DNA of 64,000 nt from Octopus vulgaris (lineage: Eukaryota). Below are positions 43,196-55,783 of the stretch, in pieces. The stretch covers positions 35,650,001-35,714,000 of the forward strand of contig OX597829.1 of NCBI GenBank assembly GCA_951406725.2. The letters are read 5' to 3'. The number at the start of each line of letters is the position of its first letter. Position 1 is the first letter of the stretch. Both the position numbers and the translations under genes were made by a program. Under the pieces are notes generated by a model. It had not been told where the DNA came from, did no database searches, and saw only the letters and a list, made by a program, of their open reading frames with translations.

Positions 43196-46100
43196 TTAGA
43201 TAAAACTTAGATATGTTTCGACCAGAGATTGGTCCAGGCCATGTCTAACTTAATAGCACCACCTGATAGGATTATTCGAATCCTGTTTAAGTCAAGTTTT
43301 GTTCAAGTAGTGAGTTCTTGTTGGGTGAGTTGTATCCAATTATGGGTGGCTTGTCTGGTATTCTTTGAAGGAATCTATCCAGACTCTGTTTGAAGTTGAT
43401 GGGATCCTTTTCCTCTTTGATCTCCCTCGGGACAATGTTAAATAGGGCAGGGCCTGTTGAGGAAAAGAAATTATGTTGCAGTGTACATGTATGTTGTGAT
43501 CTTGAATTTGGCAGGGGACGTATAGCCCGTGGTCCAAGTCTCGGATGAACCTTGAAGCTAATGTTTAGGTCGTTTGGGCAAAGTTGGCGGTATATTTTCC
43601 ACATCGTACAAATGATGTACCGCTCACGGCGACGCTGGAGGGAGTAAAGTTTCAAGGCTTTAAGGCGATCCCAATAGTCGAGAGCAGCCATGCCTTCAAT
43701 TTGTTTAGTGAGAGCCCTCTGGGGTGACTCAATTCTGGAGATGTTTTGTCTTGTGTGAGGAGACCACAGTGGGCAGCAGTATTCAAGGTGTGGCCGTACA
43801 AAGGATGAAAAAAGTGGTATGATGACACCTTGTTCTCTGGACCGGAAAGTTCTTAAGATCCAGGAACTCATCCTACGAGCTGTATCGACCTTCTTGTTGA
43901 TGTGTGCGCTCCAACTGAGATCGTCATCAACAATTACACCCAGGTCTCTGATATTGTTAGAGGCTGTGAGCGGTTCCCCTGAAGGAAGAGAGTATGGTTG
44001 TTTTAGTGAGGAATTTCTTCCAAAATGCATCAGCTCAAATTTTCCCTCATTCAGTTGCATTTTGTTTCTGTCTGCCCATTGACTCACAGCATATAGGTCA
44101 GACTGGAGTTGAGTTCGGTCTGCTTCTTCATTGACGATTTGCTGGAGCTTAGTGTTATCAGCGAATATTTTCACTTTGCAGTGATGTACGACACTGGAAA
44201 GGTCGTTTACATAAATTATGAAGAGTAGCGGACCCAAAACAGTTCCCTGGGGAACACCGCTGGTGACTTTTGCTGGGTTTGAGTGGACTCCATCAACTAC
44301 AACATGTTGTGTTCTATTCGCTAGGAAATACTGAATCCAGTGTAGAACTTTTCCACGGATTCCAAAATTTGCCAATTTTGAGAGTAGGATGTTATGGTCT
44401 ACCCTGTCGAACGCTTTACTGAAGTCAAGGTATATGACGTCAGAGTTCGAACCTGTTCCCAAGGCTTTGAGTACATCTTCAATGTGGTGTAAGAGCTGTG
44501 TTAGACAGTCCCTGCCACAGCGAAAGCCATGTTGATTTGAATTTAGGAGTTTGTGGGTCTCCAGGAAGTCAGCTATCCTTGATCTTAACACTCTTTCAAA
44601 CACTTTAATGATGTGGGAGGTGAGTGAGATTGGGCGATAGTTGACTGCGAGGGATCTGTTTCCCTGTTTGAAAACCGGGATGACCGACTGGGATAGAAAC
44701 TTTTTCGGTATATAACCTGCGTCTAACGAGTTTCTCCAGAGGTTGGTCAGAGGGACTGCAAGTTGATATCTACATTCCTTCAGGAGACTGGCGGGAAATC
44801 TATCAGGGCCTACAGCGGAGTAATGTTTGACCTCATTTATTGCTGCTACGATGTCGGTGGCAGTGAAGGTTATGTCTGCGATTTTGTGTTGGGAGTCAGC
44901 TTCGTTCGTTTCCCTCACATCAATATCAGTGGGAACACTGAAGACAGAGCAATATTGTTTCTGCAGTATTTCTGCCATTTCTTTAGCATCGTGTTGGGGA
45001 ATGCCGTTTTCATCAATCAATGGTCCAATAGGTGAGACAGTGGTTCTATGCTTATTTGCCTAAGAATAGAACACTTTTGGGTTCTGTTTGATGTTTTTGA
45101 TTACCCATTGTTCCTCCACAGCTCTTTGATTTTCAATGGAGGTTTTCATGTTAGTCTGCAGATGAAGTTTTTCCAGCTCTAGTCTTTTCATTGTTGTTGA
45201 ATGTGGATATTGCGTGTGGGAATATTTTAATTGGTTGATTTTTTTGTTGAGTCTTTTGATGCGCCTGATGAGTGTTTTTTTCTTTTTAGGGAGCCGGTTT
45301 CTGTTTGTGTTAGTAGATTTCTTGGGAGCGTGTTTAGAGCATGTGTCGGTGACAATGGTTTCAAAGTGCTGCCACGCGGTCTCAATATGAGGGGAATTGA
45401 GAGTAAAAGACCAGTCGATGGAAGACAGATCCTTTCTGATTGTTCCCCAGTCCGCTTTGTGGAAATTTATGTTGTCAAATGGGTGCCATGGAGTGGGATT
45501 GGCTGGTTTGGTTTCTATACGTCGGGAATTAAGATTGCAGAGTACCATGTCGTGGTCTGAGAGGAGAGTTTTTTCGACTGAAATGCTGTGAACGTAGCTA
45601 GAGTGATTGGTCAGTACCAGATCCAAGATCGTTTTATTCTGTCTCGTTGGTTCAAGCACTAGCTGAGTCAGGAAATACTCATCCATCAGATTAAAGAGCA
45701 GTTCTGCTGCTGCCCTATCTGATGTAGAGCACTTGCCCAACTTCGGAGTATTTGTGGGCCAGTTCACATGAGGGAGGTTAAAATCACCCATCACTATTAT
45801 GTTTCCGGAGTGGTACTTCCGAAGAAAGGACTTGACTTTGCTAAGGCACTCTTCAAAGTACTTTAGAGGTGCCTGGGGAGGCCTGTAAAGACCAACAATG
45901 GTTATGTCCTTGGCTTTGTTGTATACTGATACCGATTCACAGTAGCCATTGGAAAATGTGTCCTTGGCATCAAGTGAAAAGGAGTCATGGATAAAGATGG
46001 CTGTCCCTCCCTTATTTCGGTCTGTGCGATCCGCACGAACAATGGTGAAATCTTTTATTTTCACCTCTGCGTCCATATGGGTGTTGTTCAGGTGAGTCTC

Positions 46101-46490
46101 GGTATATATGGCTTTCTCTCCCTTTCTTCTCTCTCTATATATCAAGTACAGAAATTAATCGTAACTCAAAGTGCTCAGTGCCATGTATTTATACAACAGA
46201 CTTTAAGAATAACATACTAAATATCCTACAAACACGCACTTGACACAACTAGGGCCGTATCACAATAACTAACTCTTCTATATAGTACCAGAAAATGTGT
46301 CAGTTCCCAAAAACTGCTGACGATCTTGAAGTTTTAATTGAAGCCCACAATTAAGTAATTTTTCTATATGTAATACAATGCTGTTGACAGACACACTGAC
46401 ATCCTGGATCGCATCTGTAGAAGGCTGCTCGGTTGATTAGCGTTCCAACACTTACGGACACACTCTCATATCTAGCCCTCAGATTTGGTT
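43191..46490 (-). mobile_element. CR1/L2-group LINE, recent copy
   Basis: APE plus RT ORF2, 3' UTR stem GACCA-ATCTC-TGGTC and short tandem tail (atctaagtttt)x2. 5' boundary uncertain. Confidence 0.85.
43287..46145 (-). pseudogene. LINE ORF2 (APE endonuclease plus reverse transcriptase) with one premature stop
   Basis: EN motifs ETHL, YRPP, MGDFN, LDLVLT, SDHD. RT motifs NYRPISLT, QHGFR, LDFSKAFD, SGVPQGTVLGP, FADN, DLGV. The two listed ORFs are in frame and separated only by TAG at 45060-45062. Confidence 0.93.
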
Positions 46491-46715
46491 GGTCTCGTAT
46501 TTTCACCACCCAACCAACCCCATCCCACAAGCCTCTCTACCTTACGCCTAAAGCTCTTTCTCCACACTAACTACAAATTCTAATCCTTCATCTTCAAAGC
46601 ATTGGTCCTCTGGAAGCTCATCATAGCTTCTGACCTTCTGGTTTATCGTGGACCAGCAATTGTTCAGATAGAATAATAATGAAATCAAACTTTTCCAGAC
46701 TCAGTAAGTATAACA

Positions 46716-47335
46716 ACGCTTGCCATTTGTACCTATAATTGTAGATCTTTGGTAGGGAGAACAAACCAGAAAGACCCATCCAATGCAAGAGAAAAAAGAA
46801 AAATCAAAACCGATGTGCTATGGCTCTGTGAAAGCATCGAAAGTAAGAAATGAACGTGAGATAGGCAGATGAAAGTGTCGTGAAACTGGGAAAAGCGGAA
46901 TGCACGAGAATAACAGGTGGTATAGAGCTCATCATACGCAAAGAAAAGGTTTCGAAAATTATTTCTTACTAAATCTCTTCATCACACATAAGAGTGCTAA
47001 ACATTCGTCTCTCAAGAAATGCCACCCCGAAGATCATCAAGATCTATGCTTCCATGAATATATGAGAGAAGATTACGAAGCGGCAGAATTTTACAAAGAA
47101 CTAGAGAAAGCGCTAGCTCACAGATCTACTTACACCATAGTGATCAACACAAAAGTTGGAAAAGAATGACGCAGAGAGAAATATGTTCGTAAATTAGGAT
47201 CAGGAAAGGGAAACCAAAATAAGGAGAAAGTTTGGTTTTTGTGACAGAAACAAGATGACTTTATATTGGGAACAGCCTATTCAGGAAGCTATCTGGAAGG
47301 AGATAGACCTGGACAGCCAGCCCCAAACGTTCAGC
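46716..47335 (+). pseudogene. RTE-clade LINE endonuclease remnant
   Basis: LAICTYNCRSL, KIIKIYAS, EFYKELEKAL, NTKVGK, NSLFRKLSGRR*TWTASP. Frameshifted. Confidence 0.75.
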
Positions 47336-47554
47336 ACACAAAGAAAAATGATATATATATATATATATAAAGGGAGAGTGAGGGATAGATAGATATATAT
47401 AGAGTGAGAGAGACAGGGGGGAGGGAGGGGAAAGAGAGATATAGTCAGTTATCAACAAATGATTTACATTCAATTTCTTGCTCTGTATGACATTCTTTAA
47501 TATATTAAATAAAAAGTGATATCAAGCTGTTGCGTTGCATGTTTTTTTTAAAAT

Positions 47555-48319
47555 TGATTCAGTCATTAGATAGCGTCCATGTTGGGGCACCGCTTTGAAG
47601 AATTTTAGTCGAATGAATCGACTCCAGTACTTTATTTTTTGAAGCCTGGTACTTATTCCATCTTTTCTTTTGCCGAACCACTAAATTACATGCAAGTAAA
47701 CACACCAAAATCGATTCTCAAGCGATAGTTAGGGGCAAACACATACATAAAGATGCATACACAGATGTATTTGAAGCACTCCGTCGGTTACAACGACGAG
47801 GGTTCCGGTCGATCCGAATCAATGGAACAGCCTGCTCGTGAAATTAACGTGTAAGTGGCTGAGCACTCCACAGACACGTGTACCCTTAACGTAGTTCTCG
47901 GGGATATTCAGAGTGACAAGGCCGGCCCTTTGAAATACAGGTACAACAGAAACAGGAAGTAAAAGTGAGAGAAAGTTGTGGTGAAAGAGTACAGCAGGGA
48001 TCACCACCATCCCCTGCCGGAGCTGCGTGGAGCTTTAGGTGTTTTCGCTCAATAAACACTCACAACGCCCGGTCTGGGAATCGAAACCGCGATCCTATGG
48101 CCGCGAGTCCACTGCCCTAACCACTGGGCCATTGCGCCTCCACACACACAGATGTATATAGTATATACGACGGGATTCTTTGGAGTGCTGTTGACCAAAT
48201 CCACTTGCCAGTCTTTTGTCGGCCCAAGGCTAATGTAGAAGACATTAGCCCCAAGGTGCCATGCAGTGGGCCTGAATCCGTAAGCAAACTTCTTACCACA
48301 CAGCCACGCCTGCGTCTAT
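47555..48319 (-). mobile_element. SINE family B, diverged, host of a nested SINE
   Basis: Head at 48160-48319, tail at 47555-47760. Confidence 0.8.
47771..48142 (-). mobile_element. tRNA-derived SINE family C nested in family B, with TSD
   Basis: Head ggaggcgcaatggcccagtggttagggc...gcggtttcgattcccagacc (A and B boxes). TSD acacagatgtat at 47759-47770 and 48146-48157. Confidence 0.88.
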
Positions 48320-49130
48320 GACAGCATTTTACCGACCAAAATCTGGCCGTTGCTCTTAGCTTAATAACATTTCTATTTGACTTATTGCTTCGAAATGTGC
48401 TGCTTCTCAGGAATATATAATGAAGTGATAAGGCAATTACACCCATCACCTTGGCTAGAATTTTATCCAACATGCTCAGTTAATCTTATAAATTCTGAAT
48501 TAATAATAATTTATATAAGTTGCATAAGCGCTTCCTTCGAACTTCCTACTTCACGGTAAGAATACGTAAGTACTTCTAGAGTTCACTAAGTACAGCAAAA
48601 TTAGTTTCATGAAGATATTTTTGAGATAGATGCATGAAAATATTACATACATATGAACACTCATACATAAATCCAAGCATATCTGTATGAATGTGTATAT
48701 GTACGTACGACAATCTTTTGCATACATTCTACTTTTTCAATTTCGATCGTAATGCATTGCTCAACTCGAGGCTTAGTTGAAAACATTTCCACAAGATGTT
48801 AAACAATATGATCAAATCCGAAACCATATGGCTGGAAATCGAACCTCTAAATCACATTGCCATCCCTTCGTTTATGTTCTCGTGTATATATGTGTGCGTA
48901 TGTGCGTATGCGTGTGTGTGTGTGTAGACACATGCATATACATGTACATTAAAACATGCATGCATGTGTGTGTGTGTGTATATATATATTCATATACACG
49001 CACACATATATATATAAATGTATATACATTTGCTACACACAAACACAAAAATTCACGCGCGCGCGCACACACACACGGACACTCACGCGCGCACATACAC
49101 ACATACACACATGTGCTTCTATTTTAGGAA

Positions 49131-49202
<72 letters not shown>

Positions 49203-49364
49203 TGCCCGCATGAATAACAGCTATCATGCATGGATGCATTATTAATTAGTTCTTGGTTTTAGGTGCACGAGTTAATTTATTATGAATATCACTTAAAGAT
49301 TCAAATGGTATGAACAAAAATCGCCTAATAAATTAATGCTAGACAGCTATAAATGAACAATCTT

Positions 49365-49715
<351 letters not shown>

Positions 49716-50593
49716 AAGAAGAAGAACTCTTCAATATTTATCTAGCAATTGTTTTTGTTTGTTATTGTATATGATCACTTTATTTATTATTTCGACGCAT
49801 TCAACTGTGCAGTGGATGCACACTTTTGTGTCACTGTAACGCGTGTATGCACTTTTGCTTCGGCCATTATTCCCATTATATTTTTTACATTATATTCTGG
49901 CGAGTGTCGGTTGGAGGTCTCGCTTACGAAAATAATCGTACATTGTGGAAGATGAAGTATTCTATGGCATTTAAAGTGATGTAGCTGAATCTGTGATTAG
50001 TGAAACAGGGCAATGGAAGGCGGGGGGTGGGGGTGGGGGTGGGGGGACGGGAACGAAGAAAATAGTAAGAGAAAGAAGATGAAAAGAGAAGGAGACGAGA
50101 AGGAGGAAGGGTGGACAAAGAGGAGGATGAAGAGAAGGAGAAAAAAAAAGAAGAAATAGAGGAAGAGAAAAAGGAGGTGGAGATGATGAAGAAGAAGAAG
50201 AAACAGTAGGAGGAGGAGGAGGGAAATACTACAGCAGATGAATGCGATATAGAAGTACAAAAAGATGAGCTAAATAGAGAAATAGAGAGTAGAAAAGAAC
50301 AGTGGAGGGGAAAATGGTAATAAAAGAAAGGAGGAAAAAAACAAACAAAGCATGCTGCATTTGATGTGTAATTGTCCGCTTCTAAAGAGAACAATGTAGC
50401 TGTTATTGAAAACTTCCTCTCTAACTAAAGAGGTTATGATTTGAAAAATCGCGGACGCAATTAATCTACAGCGCGTTTCAGCTTAATCGGTAATCAGTGA
50501 GCCAAGGTCGGCGATGTGTATCTTCAGGGAATTCTCAATGGCCCATCTATCCCGTCAGCAAGTCAGGCAGCAAACCGGCAAGCTCGCCAGGCT

Positions 50594-50642
50594 TTTATTA
50601 TTATCATTATTATTATTATTATTATTATTATCATTGTTGTTG

Positions 50643-50713
<71 letters not shown>

Positions 50714-50732
50714 ATTATTATTATTATTGTTA

Positions 50733-50826
<94 letters not shown>

Positions 50827-50845
50827 CATCATTATTATTATTAAT
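50594..50845. repeat. (ATT)n microsatellite
   Basis: Directly visible. Confidence 0.98.
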
Positions 50846-51369
50846 TTATATGTCACTGTTATGTTTTGGCTCGTTGGTGTGTTTTTCTTGTTGGTTGGTT
50901 GGTTGGCTGCACGTCTCGGTTCAGCAGCCATTTTGATTTACTGTGCTAATGCATTATCGCACTGTTTTCCAGGTAGTCTGCATTGCATGCGTCCAGTTGA
51001 TGAGAAAGCAATTTTCTTCGTCTAAGTTAAATAAAATAAATGAATATATAAATAAAATATTAGAAAAGAAAAGGGAAAACAAATGGACAACATGAGCAGT
51101 GAGTGTTTATTGTTATATAGTTTTGTTGTTGTTTTTCTTTATCTATAGATTTCTTCAAGTTAACCCAGTCATTCAGTAGTCGTGTGCGTTTAAACCTGGC
51201 CATCTGGTGCATCGAATTTCATCTGATATCACGTCAATGTGCTTGACTTTTTTCTTCAATAGACGACAAGCAACGTCACACAATCTTTTCTTGCCCTCTC
51301 TTGCACCCATATACTCTCACTCGCTACTGCTTTTATTGCAGCACAGCACAATGCCTCCGTCGCTGCCGT

Positions 51370-51659
51370 TCCGCCGCTACCGCCACATACGTCGACAACG
51401 CCATATACGTCACCACCACCACCATTACCGCCACTACCACCAACACCATTACTACAACAACTGTCACAACGACGATGACGACGACCACCGCCATCACCAG
51501 CACAACCAGCACCAGCGCCAGCACCACCAGCACCACCACCACTACCACCACCACCACCATCATCACTTTCACTTCTACCACCATCTTCACTATCAAAATC
51601 ACACTCACCATTACAACCACTATCACCACTGTACTTCCACCATCACCACCACCACCACC

Positions 51660-51691
<32 letters not shown>

Positions 51692-51720
51692 CAACAATAC
51701 TTCCACTGCTAACACCAACA
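51370..51720. repeat. Degenerate (ACC)/(CAA) trinucleotide tract
   Basis: Directly visible; source of the His/Thr-rich ORFs. Confidence 0.9.
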
Positions 51721-52888
51721 CTGTCACTACGGCTACCATCATAACCATTATTTCTACCACTATCAACATTCCTGTTACCTTCACTACTGATAATAATACT
51801 CTACAAATACTATCACCGTATGACCATTCCATTCTCACTCTTTCCTCTCACTCACTCACTCTCTCTCTCTCACACACTCTCTCTCTCTATTTCTCTCTCT
51901 GTCTCTATATTTCATTTTCTGTCCCTTCTCTCACACATTCGTTCACTTTCTCTCACAAGGAGACTTTATCTTCATCACATTTTCGCTTATCGTTCCTACA
52001 CCCTCTTTTCTTTCTCTCTATATGATTCGCACTATCTTACATGCATATATTGATATCATCTTTCTCTATCCAACTCATTCCCTCTCTTGACTTCTTTTTC
52101 TTTTTCTTCCTTTACTTTCTTTCATTTTTCTTCTTTTTTTTCTTTCTTTCTCTCCCTTGTTCCGCCTATTATTTCTCCTCCACTCTTTGTCCTATTGTAT
52201 TCACTCACTATTCCCTATGGTGGAGCTCATATCCACCCCGAGGGTATCGTTAATGTTTGATCTCAAACAGAAATAATGATTATTATTAATTTCTCTGCGT
52301 CCCTACCCAAACACTACCACCAGCGTTTCCAACACCACCACCACCTTCACTAACACCACTGTCACTGCTATCGTCCAGTGACAAGTCTCCTGTTACACAC
52401 ACGTTTAAACGCTGGCACACGTACACTAAAACTGTCTTAAGTACACACACACAAAAGGATTCATTCATTCTTTCTACAGATATACAAACATACACACACA
52501 CTTCCATACATATAAATACAAATTTATACAAGCATGTGTATACAAACATCCATTTGATGACACACACGCGCGCACGTACAGATGTACGTAGAGGTGCAGA
52601 TGTACATAAACGTATGTGAATTATAAGGAAACATAGATATGCATATATGTAAGTCGTAGTAAATCTTGGATTGGCTTAGGGCTCATCTAGCATTGGCAAT
52701 TTTACATTTACCTCAGAAGTTTGTCACATTGGCATTATAATGCAATGAAACCACTTAAGTCATATTTTGCGACTCCTGAGCCCACTCGTGTAGAGAGATG
52801 TTTAATGACAACTGAGCATCACTGGTTTGTTTCATATTACTTAAAGATATTTGTCTAGATAACGTTTGAAAGCATCGGAAACTTGATT

Positions 52889-52973
<85 letters not shown>

Positions 52974-53147
52974 ATATCTATCTGGCTGTCTGCCTGACTG
53001 TCTGCCTGTCTGTCTGTCTTTATCTATCTATCGATCTATCTATCTGCCTGTGTGTGTGTGTTTGTGTCTGCATGTCTCTGTTCTACCCCCTCTCGCTTCT
53101 GTATCATATATACACAAATACATATTATATATATATATATATGTGTG

Positions 53148-53183
<36 letters not shown>

Positions 53184-53260
53184 TGCAGCGTGGAAGGTGT
53201 TTATAAGCCATTTAAGAAACACACAAAAGCCGTTCGATTCACTTCAACATTTAAGTTTAA

Positions 53261-53310
53261 TTTGTCAAAATATTTTCGTCGCTAAATTCCGCGACCTGTT
53301 CACTGACAAA
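53261..53310 (-). ncRNA. Minimal type-I hammerhead-like ribozyme with G3-C8 core
   Basis: UUUGUCA-GUGAACA-G GUCGC GGAAUUUA GCGAC-GAAA-AUAU-UU-UGACAAA. 7-bp stem I, 5-bp stem II, palindromic stem III AAUAUU. Confidence 0.7.
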
Positions 53311-53318
53311 GTCCGTGC

Positions 53319-53393
<75 letters not shown>

Positions 53394-53397
<4 letters not shown>

Positions 53398-53612
53398 CGT
53401 AGGCCTGGCTGTGTGGTAAGAAGTTTTCTCACCAGCAACATGGTTCTGGCTTCAGTTCCACTGCGTGGTACCTTGGGCAAGTGCCTTCTATTATAGCCTC
53501 GGGCACACCAAAGCCTTGTGAGTGGATTTGGTAGGCTGAAAGCAGCCCGTTGTATGAAAGTATATATGTGTGTGTGTCTGTGTGTGTCTCTGTGTGTGTG
53601 TGTGTGTGTGTG

Positions 53613-53643
<31 letters not shown>

Positions 53644-53860
53644 CTGAGTTTGTCCAGCTCCCTCTGCGCCTTTGCTTGACAACCATTGCTGGTATATTCA
53701 TGTCCCCTTAAATCTGTGGCTCGGCAAAAGAGACCGATAGAATAAGTACTAGGATTACAAAGAATAAGTCCTGGGGTCGATTTGTTTGACTTAAGTCCTT
53801 TAAGGCAGTGCTCCACCATGGCTGTAGTCAAATGATTGAAACAAGTAAAAGAATAAAAGA
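53394..53860 (+). mobile_element. SINE family B, full length
   Basis: taggcgtaggcctggctgtgtggtaag...accttgggcaagtg...gaaacaagtaaaagaataaaagaa. Confidence 0.9.
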
Positions 53861-53987
53861 ATGCACACGTATATATGTATGTATGTGTCTATGCATTCTA
53901 TGTGTGTGTATGTGTGTATGCATACAGCCATGTAAACACACACATGCTGTTCGTGAAATTTTTCCTTCTCTGGACTTTCCCATTTCA

Positions 53988-54022
53988 TTTTCTGACGAAG
54001 TGCGATACTCGAAACGTCAAAA
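53988..54022 (+). ncRNA. Minimal hammerhead-like motif in a pLTR-like repeat (about 53945-54130)
   Basis: UUUU-CUGACGA-AGUG CGA UACU C-GAAA-CG-UC-AAAA. GUC triplet, stem III ACGU. Same family as 37123, 63599 and 63985. Confidence 0.55.
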
Positions 54023-54158
54023 ACCCATCCTTTTTTTCCACTTTTACCGATCGTCAAACTAATATATTCTATGTGCACGTCCCCTTGTTGCATTGGTAAT
54101 GTTAATTTTAATGTTCCATTGTTAATATTCAACTTCAAATATTCTATTGGACTATGTA

Positions 54159-54243
<85 letters not shown>

Positions 54244-54288
54244 ATATACATATACATACATACATACATACATACATACATACATACA

Positions 54289-54319
<31 letters not shown>

Positions 54320-54975
54320 GAAAACTTTTACTTGTTTCAGTCATTAGATTGCAGCAATACTGGGACACCGTTTGAAAGATTTTAGTCGAAGGAATTGGCC
54401 CGAGTACTTATTTTTTTAACCTGGTACTTAAAGCGAGGAGCCGCTTTACGGGACACCAATTTTTTGAGTTTTATGTTTCAATCGCAAACCTAAATTTTGA
54501 ACAAAGTGCAAAAGTTTCTTATACCGTAACAAATGCTTCTGCGTCTAAGTGAGAAATTTATAGAGTGTGAAAAAAAATGCTTCTTCTACGCAAATAATTA
54601 TAGACTTGTTTTTTTAAAAAGAAATCTACAATTCCGTCTACGAACGCTTGTGAATCGGCGATCGCGTGTACAAGTGATGGTGTGTGCGAGTCTAGTACGA
54701 GTGAAAGTGATTAAGAAAATTATAATAATAATAATATTCTTTATCATAAATGATCTTGACATTCTTTTTACTTAACATAAAATATTTTTACATTCTCCTG
54801 TTGTTTTATTGCCATTTATTTATGAGTATTTTAAATTTTATAGGTAAAAATATTTATTTTTCTGGGAATGAATTACGATTTATAACATGGGAAATTATTG
54901 CTCTGATTCATAAGTTCTCGTTTTACGAGTGGTCTCTGGTAACAAATCAAGTCGTATATCGAAGCATTTCTGTAA

Positions 54976-55034
<59 letters not shown>

Positions 55035-55115
55035 CGTGTGTGTGTATAATGTTTTTTTCATAATGAGATAAAAGAACCAAGGCTGTGTAGATTTTAGAAC
55101 ATTTATAGACAGAAG

Positions 55116-55164
55116 GTATTACAGCTGTTTCCAGGATATTTATTATATCCCTTCATCGGAGATG
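55116..55164 (-). ncRNA. Hammerhead-like motif (C4 variant)
   Basis: CCGAUGA-A GGGAUAU AAUAA AUAUCCU G-GAAA-CAGCUG-UA. Stem III ACAGCUGU; stem I weak. Confidence 0.5.
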
Positions 55165-55205
55165 GTGTGAGAGGATGGTTAAATAATAGTTAATTTAGAT
55201 AAGAT

Positions 55206-55254
<49 letters not shown>

Positions 55255-55645
55255 CTGACTTTTTTCAGTTTCTGTCTACCAAATCCACTGACAGGGCTTT
55301 GATTGGTCCAGGATTATTTTGGAAGATATTTACCCCATAGTGGGACTGAACCCGGAACACACACCGAAACACACACATAGACAAACATATATGTGTACTT
55401 TCTCTACTTCTTTTTTTTCATTTTCAAATAGAAAGTCTTGTATACTCATGTATGTGTTTACGTATATGTATGTTACGTATATATATGTATATAAGCATGC
55501 ATGCATATGTGGTAAGAAGCTTGCTTCTCAGCTACACGGGTCCAGGTTCAGTCCCACTGTGTGGTACCTTGGGCAAGAGTCTTCTATTATAATCTCGGCC
55601 TTGTGAGTGGATTTGGTAGACGAAACTGAAAGAAGACCGTTGTAT
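55255..55645. mobile_element. Two divergent SINE family B 5' fragments (55255-55360 minus, 55507-55645 plus)
   Basis: gtggtaagaagcttgct...gtaccttgggcaag...gatttggtagacgaaactgaaagaag and its reverse complement. Confidence 0.8.
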
Positions 55646-55783
55646 AAATATATGTATATGTACACATTGTAGTTGATAAAGCCTACACACACAAAGAATG
55701 ATACGATTAGTTCCAACTCATAGACACAGACACACATGATAGTCACATACTAATACATTTACATATACAAACACAGAGAAATA

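Noticed and set aside
43213-43245. Stem-loop followed by GAAAC in the LINE 3' UTR as a hammerhead
   Set aside because: No NUGANNA box or stem I; better explained as the usual CR1/L2 3' stem-loop.
45060-45062. Programmed readthrough of the TAG between EN and RT
   Set aside because: It replaces a conserved Tyr by one substitution in a copy that also has a catalytic D-to-N change, so decay is the simpler explanation.
48060-48142. Apparent tRNA gene
   Set aside because: No complete acceptor stem. It continues into a 370-bp body flanked by a TSD, so it is a SINE head.
51207-52025. 272-aa His/Thr-rich ORF
   Set aside because: It spans (ACC)n and (CT)n tracts that are open in several frames; no splice or domain evidence.
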